Positions 53,196-64,000 of a DNA stretch of 64,000 bases are shown piece after piece. Numbering within the stretch: the stretch's first letter is position 1; every line of letters starts with the position of its first letter. The translations under genes and the position numbers were made by a program. Source of the DNA: Lama guanicoe (lineage: Eukaryota); contig MU056000.1 in the NCBI GenBank assembly GCA_013239625.1, positions 8,099,214 through 8,163,213 on the forward strand. Direction: 5' to 3'. The notes under the pieces were generated by a model. The model made no database searches and was not told the DNA's origin. It saw only the letters and a program-made list of their open reading frames with translations.

Positions 53196-54929
53196 GTATG
53201 TAAATGCATAACTGAATCACTTTGCTATACACAAGAAACCAACATTGTAAATTGACTACACTTCAATAAATAATAAGAATTACAAAAAAAGGCCAAGAGT
53301 AGGACTGAAATATGGAGCTGACATAGACTTTAAAAGCTGCTTTACTGAGATGCAGAAGAGAAGGAAAAGAAAATCAGTATTATTCTCCCTGTTTGCTTCC
53401 AAGGTGAAGCATGGTACAAAGAACTCTGTTTCGCCAGATAAGAGTAATAATAACACTGTTTGCTGGACCGCCTTCTAATTTTTTTCCAGGTCACTTTATC
53501 ACAAGTTATGACCGTGAACCTCCCACTGTTGGTGCAAATAATGTGTCCAAACACGTATGTTTGTGTGACGCAAACTGTGTGACACAGAGATGGCACACCC
53601 CTACTGTCTTATGATGAGACTGGTCTGGGTTTAGATCTCTAAGTATCCACCAAAAATTTCAAATTAAATGGCAAGAGGTGACCTTTAGAGTCTCTTTCAG
53701 AGACAGCTTAGAGAGTTCTGTGGGAATCCTTCCCTCCTCCTTCCTTCCTCCTTTGTGCCTTTCAGTTTTTGATGCGTTAGTTTAAGAATCAATCATCTTG
53801 TCATTCAAGAAGTGATCCTCCATTTCGAACAGGAGAGAAAAATAAGGGCGTGAGAAAAAAACAACTTTCCACTTTAAATAATGGTAACTAATGCTTATCA
53901 AGGAAGGTTTGTTCCGCTCAGAATTAAAGTGATCACATATAATAGGAGTTTAGCATTTTGCTTTCCATCCAAACCAAGACTGCTTGCTCAAGCGCCTTTG
54001 CGAAACAACACAAGATTACTTAAATGCTACCAGATTCTGTCAGCATAAACCTTCCCCATTGGCAATGGGACTTTATTTATCTAGGGGAAAAAATGAAACT
54101 CTCTGTAGGCCAGGAAAATGAATGCCACTAAATTAATACAGTGAAAGGCAATGGAACTTTTACCCACTGTTATGAACTGGTCTTTGCACAGTACAGCATC
54201 CACAAGACTGCAAATTCTATTTCTGTCTTTAACCACTTGGCCAAATGCGCACTTACTACCATCACTCATTTGGAATCTAATTCAATCATCCGGGCAATAG
54301 ATTTTAATGGGTTCTGTTCTGCTTGATATGCCCCACGGGAAGAAGGATTGTGTTTGGTGTTCTTCCGTGCATCAAGGAGACAGCGTTGTTGGTTTGACCC
54401 ACGTGTAAGAATAGGCTCGCTCTGCACGTTTGCTGCACAAACTAGGGCGTGGCAGGCGTGTAACAGAGACCCGTTTTAGGGAAACCCTCCAGTTTTTCCC
54501 AATATTCTCTTTATAGCAACAGGAAGTGATGCTCAGATTTATGGTTTCACATCTGGGGTTACTAGACACAGGTGCCGTGAGCCAGCAGAGAGCCGAGTCA
54601 CACGTGAGTAGAGAAAATTCTTCCCGAGCACTTAGTTGCACATTTCTACATTTGAACCCTAATACCTGGGAAGGGAAAGCAGCCTTCAGTAGTCTCTGTT
54701 ATTTAAAAATTTTATCACAGGCTACTTTTCCCCAAGAGTATTACCCAGAATAAAGGTCTAGGAGAACTTTAGTACAGATAATGCCAAAACTTAAAATTTT
54801 CCAGAAGTGGCATTGCTATGTATATATCAGCTCCCCGATGGAGAAGCAAGATTAACTCACATTATATTTGCATGACAGTGGGCATGCCATTAATTCATAG
54901 GACATCCTTCATAGTATTATGCACATTTC

Positions 54930-55030
54930 TAAGATCAAAAGAAATGATATCATTTGTTCAAGGTCACAGAGCTGGTCAGTGGTGGTACCAGGGCTCTTGA
55001 CTCCACAGTTGGCACTCTTTCCACATTCTC
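54930..55030 (-). mobile_element. MIR fragment
   Basis: atttgttcaaggtcacagagctggtcagtgg...cttgactcc...actctttccac. Confidence 0.65.
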
Positions 55031-55389
55031 TTCTTAAGAAATTAGAATACTCATGATTCTTCGTTGATAAAGAAGAGATGATTTACCCTTAAGAGACGAT
55101 TTAGCTCCTAAGGGTCATAACTGGTTATTCTCCAAATGCAGGCTCTTTTGGCCACCTTGCAATTCCGTCACAGGAATTCAGGCACATTCACAGCCTCCCT
55201 TAGAAAAGACCCTTGCCAACATTTTTGGTGACTCCAAGATCCGAAAACATGACTCTTCATCTCCTTATTTGTCTCCACTGCTAAGACATCTGCTTCCAAC
55301 CCATTTCATCTGCCCCCTGGAGTCTGCGGTCATCTCTCTGACTGGAGCCCCTTAGAAATGTAATCACGGTAGCTGAGAAGAGGCAAAAC

Positions 55390-55580
55390 AGCACCGTGTT
55401 TCTTGCTCTGGAATCCGACCCCCAGGCTGCAACCCTGTTCGAATTCTGTAGTTTACTAGCTGGGCAAGTTTTAATGTCATAGTCCTCAAAGAGCTGGTAA
55501 AATTAAACAAGCTAATAACACACATAAAGAGGCAAACAATCTGGTATTTAGTTGGTGCTGAATAAACAGCATCTTGTTAT
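55390..55580 (+). mobile_element. MIR fragment
   Basis: gctctggaatccgac...gttcgaattctg...tttactagctgggcaagtt...aattaaacaagctaataa. Confidence 0.55.
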
Positions 55581-56384
55581 GCCCTTCAACCTTTGACCCC
55601 ATAGTTTTCTCCCATCTGCACCAATGTGTACACTTGGGGAAATCCCTGAGAATTTTCTTACTTCAAAGTTCAAAAATATGACAGTGGATCTGCAAAGGAA
55701 TGGAAACCTATCAGCTAAGTTCCATGAGAGAGTGGTTCCTAGCCCAACACAGACGCATGGAAGGAAGCATGGACGGTCGAGTTTACAGACACAGGGACGG
55801 CAGAGAAGTCCAAACTAGCTGGGGGATTCTGAGTAACAGGAGAAAAATGGGAACACTGTGACCCCAGAAAGTATGAGCAGGGATGAGTTGTCTAAAGTGC
55901 ATTTCCACGTGGCCCTGATGGCTGGGGGGCTTCCAGGTGCATGTGTGAATGTGAAACTCCCTTAATGCAAACTTCAGCATCTGAGCAGACACGGGTGAAA
56001 AGACGGGGAAGTGAATCAGAGAGCCAGCGAATCCTACGTCTTAGTTCATCATTTCCCTGACTGTGACCAGTGTTCTGCAAGACATGAATAGCTGCTCTGT
56101 AACATGGCCATGGGTCTTGGGGACTCAGAAGGCACGCTTAGCATTCCTGCTGCAAACCAGTGGGCTTAACTGAGTTGCAGACCAGTTCTGCTCCTAACTT
56201 TTATCTTATTTTCATCTCCACCCCAGTCCAGGAGATCAGATGTGGATCTTCACTGTGGAAAGAATAAAGGATGTGATAAAAGACCATGTTTAAAAAAAAA
56301 AAAACTACCATAGTGCACAATTCTAGAAACTTCAGTTTCACAGAGATCATTTGAATTTAGTGATTCATATGCATAACAGCAAAG

Positions 56385-56625
56385 CATTGGGTTTCTTGAT
56401 TCCAAAAACTAGCTCTTCAGGCAAACACTGTGTCCTTAACTGAGCCATGTCGCTTTGTTCAACTTTGTTCATTTATGTGGTAGAGATTACTGGTCTGACT
56501 CAAACATTTGTTATAAAAAAGAAAGAAGGTAAAAGTTAAATGAGACAATACATGGGAAGTGCTTAGCAGAGGGCTTGACACGGATGAAGTAGATCTTACA
56601 AGGTTTGTTTTTATTATTGTTACCT
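56385..56625 (+). mobile_element. MIR fragment
   Basis: gttaaatgagacaatacatgggaagtgcttagcagagggcttgacac...ttattattgtt. Confidence 0.65.
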
Positions 56626-57458
56626 TCCTACTTGGTTTACAGAGTTAAAAAGTGTCAACTATTTAGAGAACAGAAATGCTGCCAGTGAGAAAAAAACTTT
56701 GTCTTCCAAACATGACGACCAGAGTCCTAAGATGTTCATTTAAATCTTATCTCTGGAAACAGTCATAAATTTGCCACTTTAGAAAAAATAAGCAATGTCT
56801 TAAGTTCTACTTGGCAGCAGTCAATGGAAAGTTATCACTTTGTCTAATTAACTACAATATATTGCAAAATAATGATATTCATCTTTTTTGCACTTTTTCA
56901 AAGCCAAGAAGAAAAACAACAGATAAGCTGATAGACTCAAAACTGCCTGACCTTCCTGTCCTTCGTGGGCATATACTGTGAGATACCTCTGCTCTCAGAA
57001 TGGAACATGTTTCCAGACAGTTCTTTTCTTCCTCCACCAGGCAAGGAAAGCACCTCTTCTGCACATACCATAAGTCCCCATACTTGCAGACAGACATTAG
57101 AAGAGATTTCATTTAAAACTTCAAAACAAATGACAATGACAGTAAAATCATTCTAATATAATTTCTAAGCCACACAGGAGTTGTGTGCACACTTGCCAGA
57201 GTGTAGGTGGTCAACATTGTGTTTCTGTTTAATATTTTATGGCTTCACATATACATTTAGGTGAATATCATGTTGCAAATCCCCTCAAATGAATTCAGAT
57301 TCTGCATTCTATTCCTCACCTTGCACAAACCTTGTGGCCTGCGTACAAAGGGCCTGATGGTTAATACCTCAAGCAATCTCAGAAGATGATATTGCAATAT
57401 TGCAAAGTTTATGCTCTGAATTTTGATGCAGCTGAAGCTTTCTCAAACAATAATATTT

Positions 57459-57506
57459 ACCCATCATTTCGACAAGAATCACCCATCATTTTGACAAGAT
57501 CACCCA
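57459..57506. repeat. 22-bp tandem duplication (about 2.2 copies)
   Basis: acccatcatttcgacaagaatc / acccatcattttgacaagatc / accca. Confidence 0.9.
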
Positions 57507-58014
57507 ACTGGAATGGACAAGGCTCTTAGGCCCCTCTGACGACAGATTTAACGGTCTTGCTTCCAGTACCTCCTGCCCTCAAAAGTCCACTCTACAAATA
57601 CGGTCGGAGGGTGCCTCCAACATGGGTGAGACGCATTCCTCACTCACAGCCTGATAAAAGCTCTTCATCTCACTCAGAGCATAGCGCTGTCTCAGGAAAC
57701 AATACTCTAAGAAGGAGCAGAAAACAGATGACCTGGGGAAGGAAGTCAGTGGAAGAAAGCAAAGAAGAAAGCTTGGAATTTATGGCTAATATTTGCCACG
57801 TGTTTTCTTAATTGCCCAGCCAAAGTCTGAGCTTGATTTACATCAGAATAACCTAAATGTTGAGACATGGATTTTATTCATATTTTAATGCTGAGAAATG
57901 CATGTATGAGAACCCAAAATACACATTTTCTACTGTTTTCTACTATGCTGCCCCCATTAATTGACTAATGTTCTACCCCCAGAAGTGCCTTGATGCGTTT
58001 CTCTAGCTGTTCCT

Positions 58015-58385
58015 AAATCTGGCCCTCACTCCAGCCAAGCTGGTCTCCAGTAAGTGCCTCAGGGCCTTTGCACTTGCTAGAACTTTTCCCTCAGACACAG
58101 CTCACTCGCTCTCTTCGCCCTGTAGGGCTCTGATCAAATATCATTTCACCTTAGTTGACTCTTCTATATAAAATAGCACCCCTCCCTTCACTCTTTCCCC
58201 CTGGTTCTGCTTCATTGTTCTTTACCAGCTCTTCAATTTTCTTTCTCCCCTGGCTAGGTGTGAACTTCATGAAGTCAGGAACTTTGCTTGTTTTGTTTAC
58301 TGCTGAATCTCAGACCCTAGAAGTTTATGGCACAAAAGTGCCACTAAACAAATATGTGTTGGATCGACATGCATGAATCAATAAA
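58015..58385 (+). mobile_element. L2a 3' fragment
   Basis: gcctcagggcctttgcacttgct...tgtgaacttcatgaagtcaggaactttg...ttgtttactgctgaatc...aaatatgtgttg..atgcatgaat. Confidence 0.82.
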
Positions 58386-59161
58386 GTGAAGGATTTTCAA
58401 ATCTCATCTGCGTGAGGTCGAATATGCATGCAAAGTGCATGTTGTGCATAAGGCACAAGAGTCCCAATCTCAGGCCAAACCCAGCCCTTTCACAAGAACT
58501 TGAGACTAAATGTAAAAATAAATCCAAAGAGTGGGAAACAGGACCGGCAGGAGGACATCCACCAGGACTTAAGAGTCAGAGGCGATTCGTCAACCTCTCA
58601 GCTACTAGATCTAGGAGTGTCTCTGCTAGTCTGGCTTCAGGAATTCTGGGATTGACTTTTCCCAGGGGTGGACTAAGCATGGAGACAAGGGGTCAAGGTC
58701 GCCGTGGAGTCTGTTCCCCTGCCCTTTCAATGTGGCTGACCTAACTCACCTCGAGCATGCTCTAGCCCCCATGAACCTGTATAATAAAATCACTGAATTT
58801 CAAAACTGGAATGGACTTTTGCCCATTGAGCCAACAGCTAGTAAGGAAACAAGAGAGTGATGCTCTAAAGCATTCAAATACTTGCACTCAAGAATTATTC
58901 TCCAAGAAATAATTTTAGATGAGAAAGAAAGAAGGACTGTGTCGTTGCTTCTGAGAGATGCTGTGTAGCATCTACACAAATTCATGGAAAAGCTTTAAAA
59001 TTTGCAGAAGAATAAAAGGATATCAGTATCAGTGTTTCATTGTTATTTGCTACTCTGGTTACACTGAGTCCTGAGGTCTGGGCCGAACTAACAAGTGGTA
59101 ACAGAGGAAGACAAGGGCAGGAGGTAACTGACATCCCAGGAGGGTGACTAGATCATGGTGG

Positions 59162-59498
59162 TGTCTTAGTCCATTGGGGCTGCTGGAACAAACATACCAC
59201 AGACAGTGTGGCTTATAAACAACAGAGATCTATTTCCCAGAGTGCTGGAGGGTAGAAGTCTGAGGTCAGGCTGCCAGTGTGGTCGGGTCGGACTTCTCAT
59301 GTGTCATAAAGCAGAAGGGATGCGGGAGCTCCCTGCGGTCTCTTTATGAGGGCACTAATCCCACTCCTGTGGGCTCCATCCGCATGACCTCAGTGGATCC
59401 CAAAGGCCCCACCTCCAAATCTCCTCATACTATCATATTGGGGGTTTCAATTTCAACTTATGAATTTGGGGGGAGACACCAACATTCAGACCATAGCA
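59162..59498 (-). mobile_element. MaLR solo LTR (MLT1A-like)
   Basis: tgtcttagtccattggggctgct...gagggcactaatccca...tatgaatttggggggagacaccaacattcagaccatagca; TSD ggtgg/agtgg. Confidence 0.9.
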
Positions 59499-61459
59499 AG
59501 TGGTTTCAAGACCTCCACAGCGGGTCACTGAAATTTGGCCTTGCTGACAAACACCCTGCTCCTCACTGTAACCCAGGGACGTCTAAACCCACTTCTGCAA
59601 GTTGTGCCCACTCACACAAAACAGAAAGCATGATTCTAGGCCAAGAGCAGAGACGTGAGGGCTAGAGAGAGCACAGTCCTCACTGTAAAGTCCAGGCTAC
59701 TCAAACCTTGCTTTCAACGACGTCTTGGGCAGAGGGCGACGGTGCTCTGCCTTCCCTCCTCCAGGCAGGCGTGGCTTCCTGGCGCTCAGTCTGGATTTGA
59801 TCTATTACAAAGCACTGATATCTGCCAAACTTCTCTCAGCATGATCCTTGGCCTCGGCTCGCCTGGCTTCCCTGTCCCTCACTGCCCACTTTCTGGCATG
59901 GCAGTGGGCAATCTTCACCATCTGCGGTCTTAGGATAGCAGAGATGTATTTATGGAAGAAACATACTATTTAATTCTTTTCCTTCAGAATAATAAGCTGG
60001 ATATTGAAATAGGCTACAATGAGGGAAAGACATGTCAACGTGAAAACTGAAGCAAAAAAAAAATCAAACAAAAAAAAATGAAGTTAGAAATAGAAATGGG
60101 AAACAGATTCCATTACTGGGTCTTGGAAACGTAACTGACTTTTATATCATGAAGCATTTTGTTTAAATAATTACAGATGTCATCAAAGAAATGAGCTGCT
60201 ACAATTCCAATCTATGTGTTTCTTAACTTTGGTCTACAGCAAATAAACGACCACAGTGTAAGGAAACAAGCCAAAGGACAACAAAATTAACTACCTAGAA
60301 ACTGCCCGGGTTCCATGTGGACTCTGCATGGATCTCCCCCTCTCGGTGTTTGCCTGCTCTTCAGTCTTGATACCAAGTGTGGACTATCCATCAATCTTAG
60401 TCCTACATTTAAATCTCATTAAAAATCTGTTTGCCATTCCTCACAAAGATTAATCGTACAAGTCCAACATAATAGCTTTGCCAATTTAAATGCTCCCACT
60501 TCGCCGTTTCATTTCAAGTGTACTGTAATTATGTTATATTGCTTCTGGCCAAGTTATAAAATTTATTCAAATAATAACCCTATTTTTGGTCGATGGTACA
60601 CTCCTAGGGTGATTTCTCATGTTAATTATGCACAAAACTTGAAAATGTACTTATAAGTGTCTGAAGAAGTAAGAGACTATCCATCCATCCATCCCTTAAA
60701 CCGTGTGGTTATGTAAATATCCTTAAATCTATTAAGAAAGAAGAAAGGCTTATTATTTACTTTTTAGGTGTTTTGGCTTTTGGTACAACCACTTTTTGTA
60801 TCTTTCACCTGTATTTTTATAAGAAATTTACACCAAAAATCTCATTTGTTTGCTCAGGCTTATAAACAAGTTCCCAGTTGTGTGTTTCGAGAAATCACTG
60901 GTGCTCACTCAATCCTAGCAAGTTAGAGAGAGAAGCAATTCTTGGCATCGTTCTCATCTTCCACTTTCTGACGTATCCTTTTCCAGCATTAAGTCAGAAT
61001 ACAAACCCTTTGCATAGCTGTACTACATACTCAAGAAAGCATATACAGATGTGTTTACAATATTAAAAAAATTAATTTTAAGGATACTTTTTTTTCTTTG
61101 TCATGCAAATAGCCAACATTGACTCAATTTCTTTTCTCTTTGTTTTTTTAACGAATTGGAAAGCACTGAGCAAAGGAGGTAGATGTTTATGAACTACAAG
61201 TCAAGCTAAGCTTCAGCAACCAGAAAAGTTCCCTTATAATTTTATTTGTAAATGAGACAGACCGATTTCCGGTTTTCTTTTCCATCCTAAATTGATGGGT
61301 GAGGCAAGCTCTACAGAGATGGCCAAAATTAATTAGAATCAATTTTAATTAATTATTTTGAGTCAATTTTTGTTAAGTAGAGGTGACTCAGAACTAAAAT
61401 TCACTTCTGAGACTATATCTCGGTAAATGATTGAAAAACTAAACTGTAAAATATGGTGG

Positions 61460-62215
61460 ATTTTTCATTCATTCATCAGATATTTATTGATTCCCAACAA
61501 TGTGCCCAGGCCTCTTTTAAGGTATCGGGAAATTCAGTAGTGAACCAAACAGACAGAAATTCCTTCATGTGTAGTTGAGAGAAAAAGATAATAACTAAGT
61601 AAATAAATATACAATGTGCTAGAAGATGATGACAAGGAAACAGGAGGATGTAGCATCGATCCAGTTCTAAATAAAGTACTGTTGGGTCTTCACTGAGCAC
61701 ATGGTGAGAGGGAGCAGGCGATGAGACATGAGGAGAGCCCCAGGCAGACAGAAGAGCATCTTTAGTGTCCCTGAGGGTAGAGAGCACCCTGAGGGCCGCG
61801 TGCCTACAGCTCAGGGAGGGGCTGAGCATCAGAAGCTGAGCTCAGTGGAGCAACCGTGTTCCAGCCAGGTGGAGCATGGTCCATCACTGCAGGAACTTTG
61901 ATGTTTACTCTGAGTATCCTGAAGGGCATTAGCCGTATTCAAACTAGGTAGTGAAGTGATCTAACTTATGCTTTTAAGGATCAGGATGACTTTGGCGTTG
62001 AGAAGAGACTGCTGGGGAACTGAAGCTGGGAGGCTGGGAATGGGGCAAAGGTAACAATTTATGTGCAATGGGGTCATGGACCAGGCAGGTAAGGAGGTGG
62101 TGAGAGATGACTATTCCCGGCTAGATTATGTAAGTAAGATGGCAGGATTGGTAATTGGCTAGAATATGAGGTTTAAGAGAGAAAAAGAGTCAAGATTGAC
62201 TCATATGCTTTATTA
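61460..62215 (-). mobile_element. L2a LINE fragment
   Basis: ttcattcattcatcagatatttattga...tgtgcccagg...cagtagtgaaccaaacagaca...gagaaaaagagtcaagattgactc. Confidence 0.85.
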
Positions 62216-64000
62216 ACTAAAATTATAGGAATATTCAATCATGGGTTTGATGTAGGTGTTCATTCATCGTGACTATATTTACTATGAATTCCTAATAACA
62301 TGAAAGAAGGAAGTCTTTCTTTAATTACCTTGACTACAGGTGGGGATCCCAAGATGATTTCTCCTTGTATGCTTTGCTTCCCCTCATTAAAAAGATATTT
62401 CTCTCTTTTTCCTCCCAAAATATTTCCCTTAGACTTCATAATCATCTCAACAGATCTTTTTTGTCTTTTAGAGGATATATTTTTCTTAAATAATTATGTT
62501 AAAAATTACTAAATACATTTCACATTTTCACATAATTACTGTTAACAATGTTGTTAGTCTGCATAATGCATACTTTTAATCCTATTCTATGAACTAAATT
62601 TAATCTTCCCGTTAAGCTGTAAAATATTCTTAAAAAAAAAACTCTTTCACTATGTGTGCTCACTCAGAGTTTTTCTTGGAATAGTAGAAAATACTCCAAA
62701 TCCCAGATTGTTCTTTTTTTTGCATTCTTTTCCCGTCTGCGTTGTTACTTTCACAAAGTAAATACAGTTAATGGGCTGTTCTCAATTAGTATGGATGGAT
62801 ATGCATATTTTAGCAAATGGTAAAAATTTGAAACATAATCAATGTAGCAACTGTGCACCTGGACATTCTCACATGATCTGTGTCCCAATTTTCAAATGCA
62901 AGGATTAAGCACACAGAAATGAGACAGCTTTCCTGTCACCTTTATTTTTGCCAAACTGACTCAAACGAAGATCACTTTTGACTATGTGGTTCCTGATCTG
63001 TAATTATTTCAGTAGCGGCTCCCAAAAAACTCAGAGCTATCACACAACATCTGTTTCTCCTTCCAGAATCATTCAGACTCTGAAAATATTAAAACCGATT
63101 AAAGTGATTAAATAAAATTTAGCAGGCTGGTCCAGTTGAGCCTCTTCAAAAATATTGGAGAGAAGATGACCAAACCCATCTGGCATTTGTTCATGTTTCT
63201 TGGAATTTCATTATTAAAATGTGGGTGCTGTGGTGGCATATGGTGGCTTCCTCACAGAATGTGGTCGAAGATAGCAGTCAACTTCAATGCACAAGTGCAG
63301 ATGGCCGTGTTTGAGTACACTTTCCCTAATGGCAGACTTTATGGAAACAGTTTAAGAGCACCACTAAAAATGAACTTGTGGAACATCTATTCTCTAATTT
63401 CAAAAGATAAAACAATTTTTAAAAAGAGACTGTCCTGTCCTACAGCCATTCACCTGGAAGGTAGCTCATTGGAAGAGAGACTATCACAGAGCTCCGGACC
63501 TTTTATCAGGATCCTGTATCCTGATGCTCGCCGTCAGTTCACTCAGGAGTTCCTTCAGGTCCACTGTCTTCGAAAAATAAATTGAAGAAAACTTGGCAAA
63601 TCAGACAGACTAGTTAATATCTTCCAAAATCTGCAATCCAATCATCACCAGATTATGACACAACACACTTAGAGGAAGGTCTACAGACCCAAATGCAAAA
63701 ATCACTAAGAACAATCAGAAAATTTCATCTCCTTTCTCTTCCTTTTCCAAAATGTTAAAATTATCAGCTACCGTCTTTCATTCTAATTTGAAAGCACTTT
63801 AAAAAATCATGCCTCTGACAACGACGGTTAAACAATTACTTGCTAAAGAGCATACCTACCCGTAGCTTCCCAAGCTCCTGACAAGATGACACTGCCAAGG
63901 CCCTTGTTGGTGGCGGTTCTGTGAGACCAGCAGTATGACAGTGACCGATGCCTTCTCATCCACCTGCTTTCCCCCATCAACCAACCAATTTCTTGTGACA

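Larger units (their letters stand above)
51285..53290 (+). mobile_element. 5'-truncated camelid L1 (about 2 kb): ORF2 C-terminal portion + 3'UTR + poly(A); contains the 238-aa ORF 51861..52577
   Basis: ORF2p motifs [53 protein letters not shown]; stops and frameshifts indicate a dead copy. Confidence 0.96.
9227..64000 (-). other. CTNND2: 3' part of the very large CTNND2 intron upstream of the 35-nt exon
   Basis: No further CTNND2-like coding sequence found; repeat-rich; CTNND2 is known for very large 5' introns. Confidence 0.8.

Noticed and set aside
63136..63585. 149-aa ORF near the window end
   Set aside because: Non-ATG start, antisense to CTNND2, no recognisable domain or exon signals.

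Overview
Mammalian genomic DNA, almost certainly from a camelid: the many young L1 3' ends match the alpaca/camel-type L1 tail as I recall it. The window lies inside the delta-catenin gene CTNND2, transcribed on the minus strand. Only two coding exons are present: a 35-nt exon at 9192-9226 and a 117-nt exon at 8683-8799 (human exons 4 and 5 by recollection), separated by a 392-nt intron. Everything else is intron, dense with fossil transposons (L1, L2, MIR, MaLR/ERV solo LTRs, hAT elements) and microsatellites. Nearly all ORF-track entries are spurious or are L1 remnants. There is no evidence of a new protein-coding system. The most unusual feature is a duplicated, self-complementary element of about 40-50 nt that flanks the two exons (8293-8348 and 9975-10023). 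In the pre-mRNA it could form either a local 17-bp hairpin or a perfect 16-bp long-range duplex that loops out both exons. Other notable items are an L1-mobilised polyadenylated ERV-LTR fragment, two twin-primed (5'-inverted) L1 insertions with TSDs, and an L1 inserted inside another L1. Repeat family names come from remembered consensus sequences, not a database search, and repeat boundaries are approximate unless TSDs are given.
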